In this document: in pieces, positions 9,099 to 20,204 of the stretch
Layout of the letters: every line of letters starts with the position of its first letter
Numbering within the stretch: position 1 is the first letter of the stretch
Source of the DNA: Flavobacteriales bacterium
GTDB lineage: Bacteria > Bacteroidota > Bacteroidia > Flavobacteriales > UBA7430
Reading direction: 5' to 3'
NCBI GenBank assembly: GCA_965662265.1
Contig: CBFIGX010000005.1
Location: forward strand, 7,494-71,493
DNA length: 64,000 bases
Program-made: the position numbers and the translations under genes
Notes under the pieces: model-generated
The model's database searches: none
What the model saw: the letters and a program-made list of their open reading frames with translations, nothing else
What the model was told of the DNA's origin: nothing

Positions 9099-11591
9099 CT
9101 AAAAGTAACCACCATCCATATCATCGCCTCCCGATCCGCCGGAACGTCTTTTGTATGATTTAGACTTTAACTGCTCACCAAAATTAAAAGTTAAACTAAA
9201 AGTTAAGAATTGATTTTGTCTTCTAAACTCAAAGCTTCTGTCAAAGCCAGGTCCTGTTAAATCCATAGCATATCGTCTAGATTTAAATATGTCGCTGTAC
9301 TTTATCGTTAGCTTACCACTCTCTTTTAATATTGAAGTGCTGTAAGCAATATCTGAACTAAACATAGTTTTCATGGTACCTTGACCAATATCTCTTCCTG
9401 GACTCACCCATCCAGAAAGTTGAATTTTATGACCGTTCTTTTTGTAACCAAAGTTAAAACTAGACCAAGAACCCCATGTTTCATCATTGTATTCTGTGGT
9501 TAAGTTGGTTGCATCTACAAAGGACTTGTAAATATTGGTACTAAGCATAAAGTTAAAAGTAGGCGTAAGCTGCTTAGAGTACATCATTTCAAAGCCTAAA
9601 TCGAAAGCTCCAGCCATATTTTCGTGAGTAGTAATACTTATATTATTAGAATCTACATAAGTGAACCTACTGTGCTTATTGGTAATGTCTTTTGCATACA
9701 CAGATGTAGAGAAGGTGGTTCCTCGTCCAAATTTTTGGTAACCAATTTCGAAAGCCGAAACAAATTCGGGCATTAGATAAGGGTTACCAATCATTTTACT
9801 AGAAACTGACGAATATCTAGGGAACGGATTAAGCATTCCTGTTCGAGGCCTATTTACACGTCTTGAGTAGGATGCATTAAAGGAAGATGTTTCATCTAAG
9901 CTATAATTTAAGTAAGCACTAGGGTAAACTTCTAAGTAGTCGTTATTGTATTGTCCTGCACCTACCAAGTTAGAGTTGGTATACATTTGTTCAGTTCGCA
10001 ATCCGGCCTGGTAAGACCAAGAACCAAATGCTTTTGCGTATGTTAGGTATGTTGAATACACCTCATCACTGTAAATAAATTGATTTGAAATTAAGCTATC
10101 GTTTACCCATGCCTCCAGGTTCACATCATAGTAACTACCATTTTGAGATTCATCAAATTCTCTTTTTCTAGCACTCACACCCCATTCGAACTTACCGGCT
10201 TGTTCGGTACCATAGGCGAAATCTACTTTAGTTTCAAACTGGTTGTTGTTTCTTTTGTTGTCTATAATAGAATCTCTTGAAGCTAACAATCGGTTATAGG
10301 TGTTATTTTTATCGCGCACATTTCTAGATTTATTTAAGACAAAGTCCATATTTACCTCATTTTTAAACTTGTGCTTACCGGATAAGTCAACATTCCAATT
10401 AGTTTGATCTGTAATGGATTTGGTATACATAGAATCTATAAGCAGTGTAGAATTCAATAAATCTGGGTCAGATGCGTCAGATAAAATATCGTAAGTGGTA
10501 TTGTCTATTGTATCATTATTTATATTATCACTAAGGGTATAGCTTGTCTGAAGACTAAAGGAGGTTCTATCATTTGGTGTATAATCGATTCCACCTTTAA
10601 AACTATGAGATTTTTTGGTCCCTAGTCCTGTTTTATTTTCTAGAATTCTAGAAATAGTATCTCCATTATATACATTCATTGTACTTTCATACTCAAATGT
10701 TCGAGGTCTATCCATAAAACTATAAGATCCAAAAAGGTTTAACTTATCTGACCGTCTATTTAATAATGCAGTAAAGTTGTTTTTTATAGGGTAAGCTACA
10801 GAAGTAAGTAACTGACCGTTTAAACCTGATTTCTTATTTTTCTTAAGAACAATATTGATGATACCTGCCATCCCTTCAGGGCTAAACTTGGCAGAGGGGT
10901 TTGTAATGAGTTCTACATTTTCTATCATCGAAGCAGGCATCGTTTCGAGTAATTCAGAAGAACTTAGCATTGAGGGTTTACCATCTACATATAATCTTAC
11001 TTGATCGGATCCTCGTAGGCTTACATTCCCGTCTACATCAACTTGTACAGAAGGGAGTTTTTCCATCAGCTCAATGGCTGTTCCGCCAGAACTTGTAATG
11101 TCTTGAGATACATTAAAAATTTTCCTGTCGATACCTTGAACCACTAGTGCTTTTTCCTCTACGAGCTCCACCTCTTGAATTAGATCCGCAGATTTACTTA
11201 ACCCTACATTACCTAGTGCATACACTAAACCGGCGTCGCTTCTGGAAAAATTTGATGTACCTGAAGTCATTTCGGCTCTGTTAGGAACTAACCTTAGGTT
11301 CCCTATAGACTTTGGCTCATAACCCATGTATTCTACCAATAGGGTATACGAATTCATGGCTATGTCTGAAATAGAAAACTCACCTATTTCGTTACAAATA
11401 CCGCCAGTAATCAATTGATTTGTTTCTTGGTGAAGAAAGCTAACCGTTGCGAAAGGCAAGTACTGACCTGTTATAGAATCTACAACTTCACCTGTTACAG
11501 TTAAAGTTGGCTTTTGGTCTCCAGCTCCTCTCCTAGCTTGTGCTAGTAACGCATGAGGAATGATTAACAATAAGAATACGTATTTTTTCAT
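9099..11591 (-). CDS. TonB-dependent receptor / outer-membrane beta-barrel family protein
   Basis: Likely start 11591 (MKKYVFLL); plug ELITNPSAKFSPEGMAGIINIVLKK; SYSRRVNRP; GNPYLMPEF. Confidence 0.88.
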   Translation of the reverse strand: MKKYVFLLLIIPHALLAQARRGAGDQKPTLTVTGEVVDSITGQYLPFATVSFLHQETNQLITGGICNEIGEFSISDIAMNSYTLLVEYMGYEPKSIGNLRLVPNRAEMTSGTSNFSRSDAGLVYALGNVGLSKSADLIQEVELVEEKALVVQGIDRKIFNVSQDITSSGGTAIELMEKLPSVQVDVDGNVSLRGSDQVRLYVDGKPSMLSSSELLETMPASMIENVELITNPSAKFSPEGMAGIINIVLKKNKKSGLNGQLLTSVAYPIKNNFTALLNRRSDKLNLFGSYSFMDRPRTFEYESTMNVYNGDTISRILENKTGLGTKKSHSFKGGIDYTPNDRTSFSLQTSYTLSDNINNDTIDNTTYDILSDASDPDLLNSTLLIDSMYTKSITDQTNWNVDLSGKHKFKNEVNMDFVLNKSRNVRDKNNTYNRLLASRDSIIDNKRNNNQFETKVDFAYGTEQAGKFEWGVSARKREFDESQNGSYYDVNLEAWVNDSLISNQFIYSDEVYSTYLTYAKAFGSWSYQAGLRTEQMYTNSNLVGAGQYNNDYLEVYPSAYLNYSLDETSSFNASYSRRVNRPRTGMLNPFPRYSSVSSKMIGNPYLMPEFVSAFEIGYQKFGRGTTFSTSVYAKDITNKHSRFTYVDSNNISITTHENMAGAFDLGFEMMYSKQLTPTFNFMLSTNIYKSFVDATNLTTEYNDETWGSWSSFNFGYKKNGHKIQLSGWVSPGRDIGQGTMKTMFSSDIAYSTSILKESGKLTIKYSDIFKSRRYAMDLTGPGFDRSFEFRRQNQFLTFSLTFNFGEQLKSKSYKRRSGGSGGDDMDGGYF

Positions 11592-11741
11592 GAAATAATC
11601 TTTTGCACAAAAATAATCAATAAATATTATACAAACTTGACTCAAAGAGCTATTTGTTCTTTGTTTTCAACTTAAACTATAAATATGTTTACTTTAAATT
11701 TATTTAACAACTATGCTGTATTTAATAAGTGGTTTATAATG

Positions 11742-11749
11742 TATATTTG
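11742..11749 (+). promoter_or_regulatory. Bacteroidota sigma-70 -7 element (TAnnTTTG) for the DUF2520-kdsC-ubiA-maf operon
   Basis: TATATTTG about 45 bp upstream of the start codon. Confidence 0.65.
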
Positions 11750-11792
11750 CTAGTATTATGAGTTCTTAAGTTAAAACATTAATAATCACATA

Positions 11793-12569
11793 GTGAGTCA
11801 ACTCCGATTAAACATAGTTATTATTGGTTCCGGAAATGTGGCCTGGCACTTGAGTCGGGAACTCCAAAAGAAAGATCAAAAGATTATTCAGATATACAAC
11901 AGATCTGTCGAGAATGCCCTAAGTTTATCTTCAATCCTACAATGTGACTTTACGACAAGGTATGATGAATTAAATAAAGACGCTGACTTATACATTTTAA
12001 CAGTGAAAGATTCTGCAATTGATGAGGTGTCTAAAAAATTAATTACGAATAATAAGTTGGTTGTGCACACCTCCGGGGCCATAGAGCAAGATGTGATTCA
12101 ACATGAGCGCAGGGGTGTTTTTTACCCGCTACAAACTTTTTCTAAAAAAAAGAAACTCAACTTCAAAAAAATACCATTTTGTATTGAAGCCTCAAAAAGT
12201 GAAGACTTTAACACACTTATGCGTTTAGCAACACTATTAAGTCCGATGGTATATAACATCAATTCTCACCAAAGAAAAATACTTCATGTAGCAGCAGTTT
12301 TTGCTTGTAATTTTGCAAACTATATGTATATGAGTGCAGATAAAATTTTACAAAAAGAAGATATACCACTAGATATTTTACACCCATTAATAAAAGAAAC
12401 TGCTTCTAAAATAACCAAACATAAGCCCAAGGATGTGCAAACCGGTCCAGCTGTAAGAAATGATGAGTTTACCATAAAATCTCATCTAAATTATTTAAAG
12501 GGTAAAGAAAAAAGTGTTTACAAACAACTTACCAAAAACATTATTGAAGAAAATAAAGATGAACTATAA
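11793..12569 (+). CDS. Rossmann-like plus DUF2520 domain oxidoreductase (PanG-like)
   Basis: IIGSGNVA, VHTSGA, FYPLQTFSK, LHVAAVFACNF, QTGPAVRND. Confidence 0.85.
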   Translation: MSQLRLNIVIIGSGNVAWHLSRELQKKDQKIIQIYNRSVENALSLSSILQCDFTTRYDELNKDADLYILTVKDSAIDEVSKKLITNNKLVVHTSGAIEQDVIQHERRGVFYPLQTFSKKKKLNFKKIPFCIEASKSEDFNTLMRLATLLSPMVYNINSHQRKILHVAAVFACNFANYMYMSADKILQKEDIPLDILHPLIKETASKITKHKPKDVQTGPAVRNDEFTIKSHLNYLKGKEKSVYKQLTKNIIEENKDEL

Positions 12570-13080
12570 AACAAAGTTAACCCAAATAAAAGCTTTGGTC
12601 TTTGACTGTGACGGTGTGCTTACAGACGGTACCGTTACCCTTATGTCCAATGGGGAACAAATTCGAAAAATGCATACCCGAGACGGTTATGCACTTCAGC
12701 TTGCTGTAAAAAAAGGCTTTGTTGTGGCAGTAATTACTGGTGGTAGTTCTCAGTCAGTAAAAGATAGAATGACTCGCCTTGGGGTTCATGATGTTTATCT
12801 AGCTTGCCATGATAAAGTTTCTGCATTAAAGGAGTTAATGCATATGTATTCCCTTGATAAAAAAAATGTATTGTACATGGGGGATGATATGCCTGACTTC
12901 GATGTAATGCAAGAAGTAGGATTAGCAACTTGCCCTGATAATGCTGCTGCTGAAATTAAAAAACTCTCTGCTTATATTTCACCTAAAAAAGGTGGTGAAG
13001 GTTGTGTAAGAGATGTGATTGAACAAACCATGAAAATTCAAGGTAAATGGATCATAGACTCAAAAACACCGTCTGTGTAA
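12559..13080 (+). CDS. kdsC: KdsC-family HAD phosphatase (KDO-8-phosphate phosphatase)
   Basis: FDCDGVLTDG, ITGG, YMGDDMPD, GGEGCVRDVIE; likely ATG at 12559. Confidence 0.85.
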   Translation: MNYKTKLTQIKALVFDCDGVLTDGTVTLMSNGEQIRKMHTRDGYALQLAVKKGFVVAVITGGSSQSVKDRMTRLGVHDVYLACHDKVSALKELMHMYSLDKKNVLYMGDDMPDFDVMQEVGLATCPDNAAAEIKKLSAYISPKKGGEGCVRDVIEQTMKIQGKWIIDSKTPSV

Positions 13081-13095
13081 CACACATCTGTTTCC

Positions 13096-13992
13096 ATGAA
13101 AAACTACCTAAAACTCATTCGCATACAAAACCTTGTGGCTATGGTGCTTATACAATATCTTCTGCGCTACAGTTTTATTATTCCAAACTATAACAATTCT
13201 GACATTTTGGGGCATCTTGAGTTTGGCGTATTGGTTTTAAGTATGGTTTTAATTGCAGCAGGTGCGTATGTAATAAATGATTATTTCGACATACAAGTAG
13301 ATACTCAAAACAAGGACAATAAAGTTATTGTTGGTAGATTTATTAAGCGAAGAGTGGCTTTGTTATTACATATTTTATTTACCAGTATTGGAGTAATTTT
13401 GGGCTTTTATATGGCCTATAAGGTAAACTTTCTCTATTTGGGTGGAATAATGGCTATTAGTGCATATTTATTATGGGACTACAGCCTTCGTTTAAAGCGT
13501 AAATTATTTACTGGGAGTTTTATCGTGGCTACCTTATCTGCAATTTTTGTATTTTCTATAGCCTCATTTGAAGTTATACCTAAGCTTTACCATCCAGAAA
13601 GTTTAAGACTTTTAGTGCGGCTTGGACTCTATTCTTTTTTTGCTTTTATGTGCAGTTTGATGCATGAGGTTATCAAAGATTTACGTGACCAACAGGGTGA
13701 TTCCTTATTTAAAATTAAAACACTAGTAACCACTTGGGGTATTCCCAAATCCAAAGAATTTGTTAAATGGCTTAGCGTACTTACCGCATTTATGGTTATT
13801 GCTCTCTCTGTTTATGAATTTAGCACAGATATTTACGCATTACTCTATGCCGTCATCTTCATCATAACACCTCTATTCATTATGAATATCTGGATATACC
13901 AAGCAAAAAATATAGACGATTTTACTCGCATTTCATCTCTCAATAAATTTATCATTTTAGCAGGTATACTCAGTTTATACTTTTTCATCTGA
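13096..13992 (+). CDS. UbiA-family prenyltransferase (DGGGPS-like subgroup)
   Basis: INDYFDIQVD and EVIKDLRDQQGD Asp-rich motifs; many transmembrane helices. Confidence 0.85.
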   Translation: MKNYLKLIRIQNLVAMVLIQYLLRYSFIIPNYNNSDILGHLEFGVLVLSMVLIAAGAYVINDYFDIQVDTQNKDNKVIVGRFIKRRVALLLHILFTSIGVILGFYMAYKVNFLYLGGIMAISAYLLWDYSLRLKRKLFTGSFIVATLSAIFVFSIASFEVIPKLYHPESLRLLVRLGLYSFFAFMCSLMHEVIKDLRDQQGDSLFKIKTLVTTWGIPKSKEFVKWLSVLTAFMVIALSVYEFSTDIYALLYAVIFIITPLFIMNIWIYQAKNIDDFTRISSLNKFIILAGILSLYFFI

Positions 13993-14558
13993 TGACTTAC
14001 AAAATAATTCTAGCATCACAGTCTTCGCGCAGAAAACAATTACTTAGTTTATTAGATATAGATTTTAGTGTTGAAGTAAGATCTGTTCCTGAAGTTTATC
14101 CTCAATCTATAGCATCCCAAGACGTTGCCGAATATATCGCTAAACTGAAGGCTAATGCATTTAATGATATAGAAAATGATAAGATTGTTATCACAGCTGA
14201 TACTGTAGTATGTATTGATGGTAAGGTACTAGGGAAGCCAAAGAATGCCTCTAATGCTAAAGAGATGCTTCGTATGCTTTCTAATAAATCTCATAAGGTC
14301 ATAACAGGTGTTTGCATCAAAACAAAACAGCAAGAAGTTTCATTTTCAGATACGACTACCGTATACTTCAAATCACTTTCTGATACAGAAATTAACTACT
14401 ATATAAGTCGTTACAAGCCTTATGATAAGGCGGGATCATACGGTATACAAGAATGGATTGGAGCTATTGGTATTATTAAAATTGTTGGTTCTTATTATAA
14501 TGTAGTTGGTTTACCCACAGAAAAGCTATCTACTGAACTCTCCAAAATAATTTACTAA
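13992..14558 (+). CDS. maf: Maf-family nucleoside triphosphate pyrophosphatase
   Basis: ILASQSSRRKQLL, ADTVV, GKP, DKAGSYGIQ, NVVGLP. Confidence 0.93.
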   Translation: MTYKIILASQSSRRKQLLSLLDIDFSVEVRSVPEVYPQSIASQDVAEYIAKLKANAFNDIENDKIVITADTVVCIDGKVLGKPKNASNAKEMLRMLSNKSHKVITGVCIKTKQQEVSFSDTTTVYFKSLSDTEINYYISRYKPYDKAGSYGIQEWIGAIGIIKIVGSYYNVVGLPTEKLSTELSKIIY

Positions 14559-15133
14559 AAGAAGCTTTCTAGTTCTCTAACATCACCAGGCTTGAGGTCT
14601 CCAATTGTTAGTTTTCCTATTCTCACACGAATTAATCGTAAAGTAGGAAATCCAACCACATAGGTCATTTTACGGACTTGTCTAAACTTTCCTTCGGTAA
14701 TAGTCAATGATATCCATGATGTGGGCCCATGCCTATCATCTCGAATAGGTCGTGAACGCTCCGGAAATAAAGGTGTAGGAACTAGTCGACGCGCAAAAGC
14801 AGGTTGCGTTTTGTATGTTTCCTTGTTTACAGTTATTTCAACGCCATTATTTAATTGATCAATAGCACATTGTGAAATGACACCATCTAATTGAACATAG
14901 TACTCTTTTTCTACGGTCTTAGAACGAATTTGCGCACTCACTTTTCCATTTGTGGTTAGCAACAATAAACCTTCTGATTTTTCATCCAGTCTACCTATAG
15001 ACATGGTATTTTCAGGAAATGGATGAAATGAACCTAAAAACTTTTTTTTTCGCCCTTTTTGACGGCTTACAAATTGAGATACGTAACCATAGGGTTTGTA
15101 TAACATAAAGTGACGATGAGATATTCGCTTCAC
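14555..15133 (-). CDS. rluE: RsuA/RluE-family pseudouridine synthase
   Basis: YKPYG, GRLDEKSEGLLLLT, EGKFRQVRKMT, PTLRLIRVRIG. Confidence 0.8.
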   Translation of the reverse strand: MKRISHRHFMLYKPYGYVSQFVSRQKGRKKKFLGSFHPFPENTMSIGRLDEKSEGLLLLTTNGKVSAQIRSKTVEKEYYVQLDGVISQCAIDQLNNGVEITVNKETYKTQPAFARRLVPTPLFPERSRPIRDDRHGPTSWISLTITEGKFRQVRKMTYVVGFPTLRLIRVRIGKLTIGDLKPGDVRELESFF

Positions 15134-16488
15134 TTTCTTCTTTTTTTAGACCTTCGATTTGCTATTATATCTCCTTTTGTTTGTGACTTTTTGTACTTTT
15201 TAGCTAGCTTAAATCTATAAGAACCTCCCTGATTTTTTTTCTTATTTTTTTCTTTTTTTTCATGAAATGCGTCATTGCGAATAATAACTTCGGTACTTCT
15301 ATTTTTGCTGATTTTTGGCTTGTCCCGCTCTTCAGGGAGCAACTGATCTGAATCCTCTACAAGGTCAGGAATATCTAGTCGAGGTATCTTATAATTCATA
15401 AGTGACTCAATAGCTTCTTTTAATTCACTCTCTTTATCTGTATAGAATAATAGAGAATTACCTTTTTGTTTTGCTCTACCGGTTCTCCCTATACGATGCA
15501 TATAATTTTCTGGAAATACAGGGACGTTAAAATTGATAACATGAGTTATTTTATCTAGATCTAAACCTCTAGCCATTACGTCTGTGGATACCATAACTCT
15601 ATTTTCTGAGGCATCAAATTGTTTGATAGATCGAATCCTATAATTTTGGGATTTATTAGAGTGAATAACACAGATCTCTGAGCCAAAATGTGTTTCTAAA
15701 AATTCAAATATTAAGTCTGCATGTTTCTTATTCTTAGCAAATACTATAACTTTAGAATAAGTCTCCTTATCTATTAAAATAACATTTAATAAATTAAGCT
15801 TTGTATAAAAGTTCTGTACTCTGAAACAGCTTTGGTTAATATTACTTAAAGGTGTTCCACTTACAGCAATAGCTATTTTTTTGGGATTTATAAAAAACGA
15901 ATCTATTAGTGCATCTACCTCTTCTGTCATGGTAGCTGAAAACATAATGTTTTGTCTTCGCTCAGGTAAGATTGAAAAAATATTTTTGAGCTGAACTCTA
16001 AATCCTAAGTCTAGCATAACATCAACTTCATCAATCACTAGTTGCTTGATATCTTTTAATTTTAAGGCTCTACTGGCTGCTAAATCATAGAGTCTACCGG
16101 GGGTTGCCACAACAATATCAACACCAACAGAAAGTGCTTTTTTTTGTGTATTTATATTTGTTCCTCCATAAACCCCAATAATACGAAGTGATATGTACTC
16201 AGAAAAATCATTTATTCTCTCAACTACTTGAAGAACAAGTTCTCTAGTTGGCACTAGTATTAAAACTCTTGGAGAATCTGTTTTTGAAAAGCGAAGCTCT
16301 TGTAAAATAGGAAGTGTGTATGCTAGAGTCTTACCAGTACCTGTCTGGGCAATTCCTACAACATCAGCACCAGATCGAATTACTGAATAACTTTGATCTT
16401 GTATTGGTGTAGGCTTGATAAAACCCTTAGCGCTTAAGGCCTGCTTTAACTGTTTATTTATTCCTAATTCTTCAAACGAACTCATCAT
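15130..16488 (-). CDS. DEAD/DEAH-box RNA helicase
   Basis: PTPIQ, AQTGTGKT, PTRELV, TPGR, DEVD, SAT, ARGLD, HRIGRTGR; basic C-terminal tail. Confidence 0.93.
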   Translation of the reverse strand: MMSSFEELGINKQLKQALSAKGFIKPTPIQDQSYSVIRSGADVVGIAQTGTGKTLAYTLPILQELRFSKTDSPRVLILVPTRELVLQVVERINDFSEYISLRIIGVYGGTNINTQKKALSVGVDIVVATPGRLYDLAASRALKLKDIKQLVIDEVDVMLDLGFRVQLKNIFSILPERRQNIMFSATMTEEVDALIDSFFINPKKIAIAVSGTPLSNINQSCFRVQNFYTKLNLLNVILIDKETYSKVIVFAKNKKHADLIFEFLETHFGSEICVIHSNKSQNYRIRSIKQFDASENRVMVSTDVMARGLDLDKITHVINFNVPVFPENYMHRIGRTGRAKQKGNSLLFYTDKESELKEAIESLMNYKIPRLDIPDLVEDSDQLLPEERDKPKISKNRSTEVIIRNDAFHEKKEKNKKKNQGGSYRFKLAKKYKKSQTKGDIIANRRSKKRRK

Positions 16489-16664
16489 CGTGTTTTAACA
16501 AAATTAAATATAAAGAACCTAAACAAGTTGATTCCATTAGAATTAGAAAAAAACGTAGACCTAATAAAAAATCTAAAGCAGTTTATTTAAACTAAACAAG
16601 AGCTTCTACAAATACTCTGTTTAATTCTAAAAAGAATCAAAATTTATTAAGTAACTGGAAAATA

Positions 16665-18497
16665 TTACTTTGACTTGGTTGCCTTTTGCTGTTCTTTCAT
16701 CATTTTCTCTAGTCGTGCTTGAAACTTTGACTTTCCTTTATTTGGGGTCGATTTTTTATTTTCTTCCAACTTTGCTAAAAGTGATGAATCGTCTGTCATA
16801 GAAGCAATAATTTTTTGCTGACCAAAAGTGATTAGATTAGCTAAAAAGTAATAATAACTTAGTGCCGCAGCATAACTATTCATAACACCCAAGAAAATCA
16901 CAGGCATAAAATACATCATATATTTCATCTGGGGCATTTGAGCACTTGAACTCGACATGCTATTGCTAAATTTCATTTGAAGTATCGTAGTGACTGTCAT
17001 TAGGAGAGTAAACAAACTAACATGGTCACCATAAAATGGAATACTAAATCCTAAATCTAAGATAGAGTCATATGTCGATAAATCAGTTGCCCACAAAAAG
17101 GACTTTTGACGCAGTTCTATTGAAGCAGGAAAAAATCTAAATAGAGCAAATAAAATTGGCATTTGAAATAACATTGGAATACAACCTCCTAGTGGATTAA
17201 CACCAGTTTCTCTGTAAAGACTCATGGTTTCTTGCTGGGCTTTCATCTTATCGTCATGCCTGTCATTTATTGCATCAATTTGGGGCTTAAGGACTCTCAT
17301 CTTAGCCATAGACGTATATGACTTATAAGTAAATGGAAATAAAACCAGTTTTATTAATAATGCCATCAATAAAATAATCATTCCGTATCCTAGGCCCCAA
17401 CTTTCAAATGTATTGAATATGTTTATTACGATGTATTTGTTTATCCAGCCAATAATACTCCACCCTAGTGGGACCAACTCCTCTAATCCTATGTTGTAAG
17501 ATTTTAATGTTTTTACATGGTTAGGAATAAAATACCAAGCCATGTTATAAGATTGATTTCCTCCATTGTAATTTAATTCTGTTGTAGCAGAAAGAGTTTT
17601 AAGATAATTCATTGATGCCGAAGCATCATCAGAGGTCAATAGTATTTCTTTATCTATGTTTTTTGTAGAAAGTACAGATGAGAAATATTGGGATTTAAAT
17701 GCAATCCAATCTGTATTTATAACGCGTTCTGAAGATCTAGAACTAACAGATAAGTAATCAACTTCGTTATCCACAAAATAATAAGCAGAGGTATTCATAG
17801 CCTCATGATCAACATTTTTCTCTTGGCTAGGAATATTCATTACCCATTCCAAATTCATAGGTGAGCCTGACTGTATAACATTGTCAAGACCTATGATATT
17901 GATAGAGTAATCAATCTTATATGAATTATCTTCTAAGGCATAAACATACTCTAAATATTTACCCTCTTCAACATTTAGTTTAAATGATATTATCTGTTTG
18001 TTGTCTTGTTGACGTTGAGTAACATCAAAAACAAAATCAGCACTATTTAAACGTCTATTTTGAGACCAAAATTTTAAATTGTAGTATGAGGAATCTTCAC
18101 GAATTAAATTTAATGGAAGTGAGTCATGGGTTTGATAATTCTTTAGAAAGGCGCTTGTAATTCTGGCTCCCTTTGCGTCAATATCAACTTTTAATAAATT
18201 ATTTTCTAAAGAATATTTTTGATTGTCAGTAGCACTTGCAGCTTTTGCAAAAGCGCCATAAGCCTCATAAAGATCGGCATAAGCAACCGTATCTGATTGC
18301 TGGATGGTTGACACAGGAACTCCTTCAGGTTGAGAAGTTGTCTTATTATCTTTACTAGGAGAAACAACTTCTTGATTATTATCAATGTTTTCAAGTTCAA
18401 CCTCCGCTTGGTTATTCATAAACCAAAATAAGATAACACCTATAAGAGCAAATCCTATAATAGAATTATAATCTGTTTTCTTTTGTTCTTGTAGCAT
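16665..18497 (-). CDS. yidC: Membrane protein insertase YidC
   Basis: SMAKMRVLKP, GVNPLGGCIPMLFQMP, IELRQKSFLWATDLS. Confidence 0.96.
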   Translation of the reverse strand: MLQEQKKTDYNSIIGFALIGVILFWFMNNQAEVELENIDNNQEVVSPSKDNKTTSQPEGVPVSTIQQSDTVAYADLYEAYGAFAKAASATDNQKYSLENNLLKVDIDAKGARITSAFLKNYQTHDSLPLNLIREDSSYYNLKFWSQNRRLNSADFVFDVTQRQQDNKQIISFKLNVEEGKYLEYVYALEDNSYKIDYSINIIGLDNVIQSGSPMNLEWVMNIPSQEKNVDHEAMNTSAYYFVDNEVDYLSVSSRSSERVINTDWIAFKSQYFSSVLSTKNIDKEILLTSDDASASMNYLKTLSATTELNYNGGNQSYNMAWYFIPNHVKTLKSYNIGLEELVPLGWSIIGWINKYIVINIFNTFESWGLGYGMIILLMALLIKLVLFPFTYKSYTSMAKMRVLKPQIDAINDRHDDKMKAQQETMSLYRETGVNPLGGCIPMLFQMPILFALFRFFPASIELRQKSFLWATDLSTYDSILDLGFSIPFYGDHVSLFTLLMTVTTILQMKFSNSMSSSSAQMPQMKYMMYFMPVIFLGVMNSYAAALSYYYFLANLITFGQQKIIASMTDDSSLLAKLEENKKSTPNKGKSKFQARLEKMMKEQQKATKSK

Positions 18498-18502
18498 ATA
18501 GC

Positions 18503-20113
<1,611 letters not shown>

Positions 20114-20204
20114 TCAAGACTATTTACTTTGATTATGTTGTCATTAGATCATTCCTGCAAAATTAGAAATAATCAAACATCAAATGAACTATTTCTATTC
20201 TTTT

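Noticed and set aside
16491-16595. Lys/Arg-rich open stretch on the plus strand between the helicase and yidC
   Set aside because: No start codon within the spacer; the A-rich composition explains it
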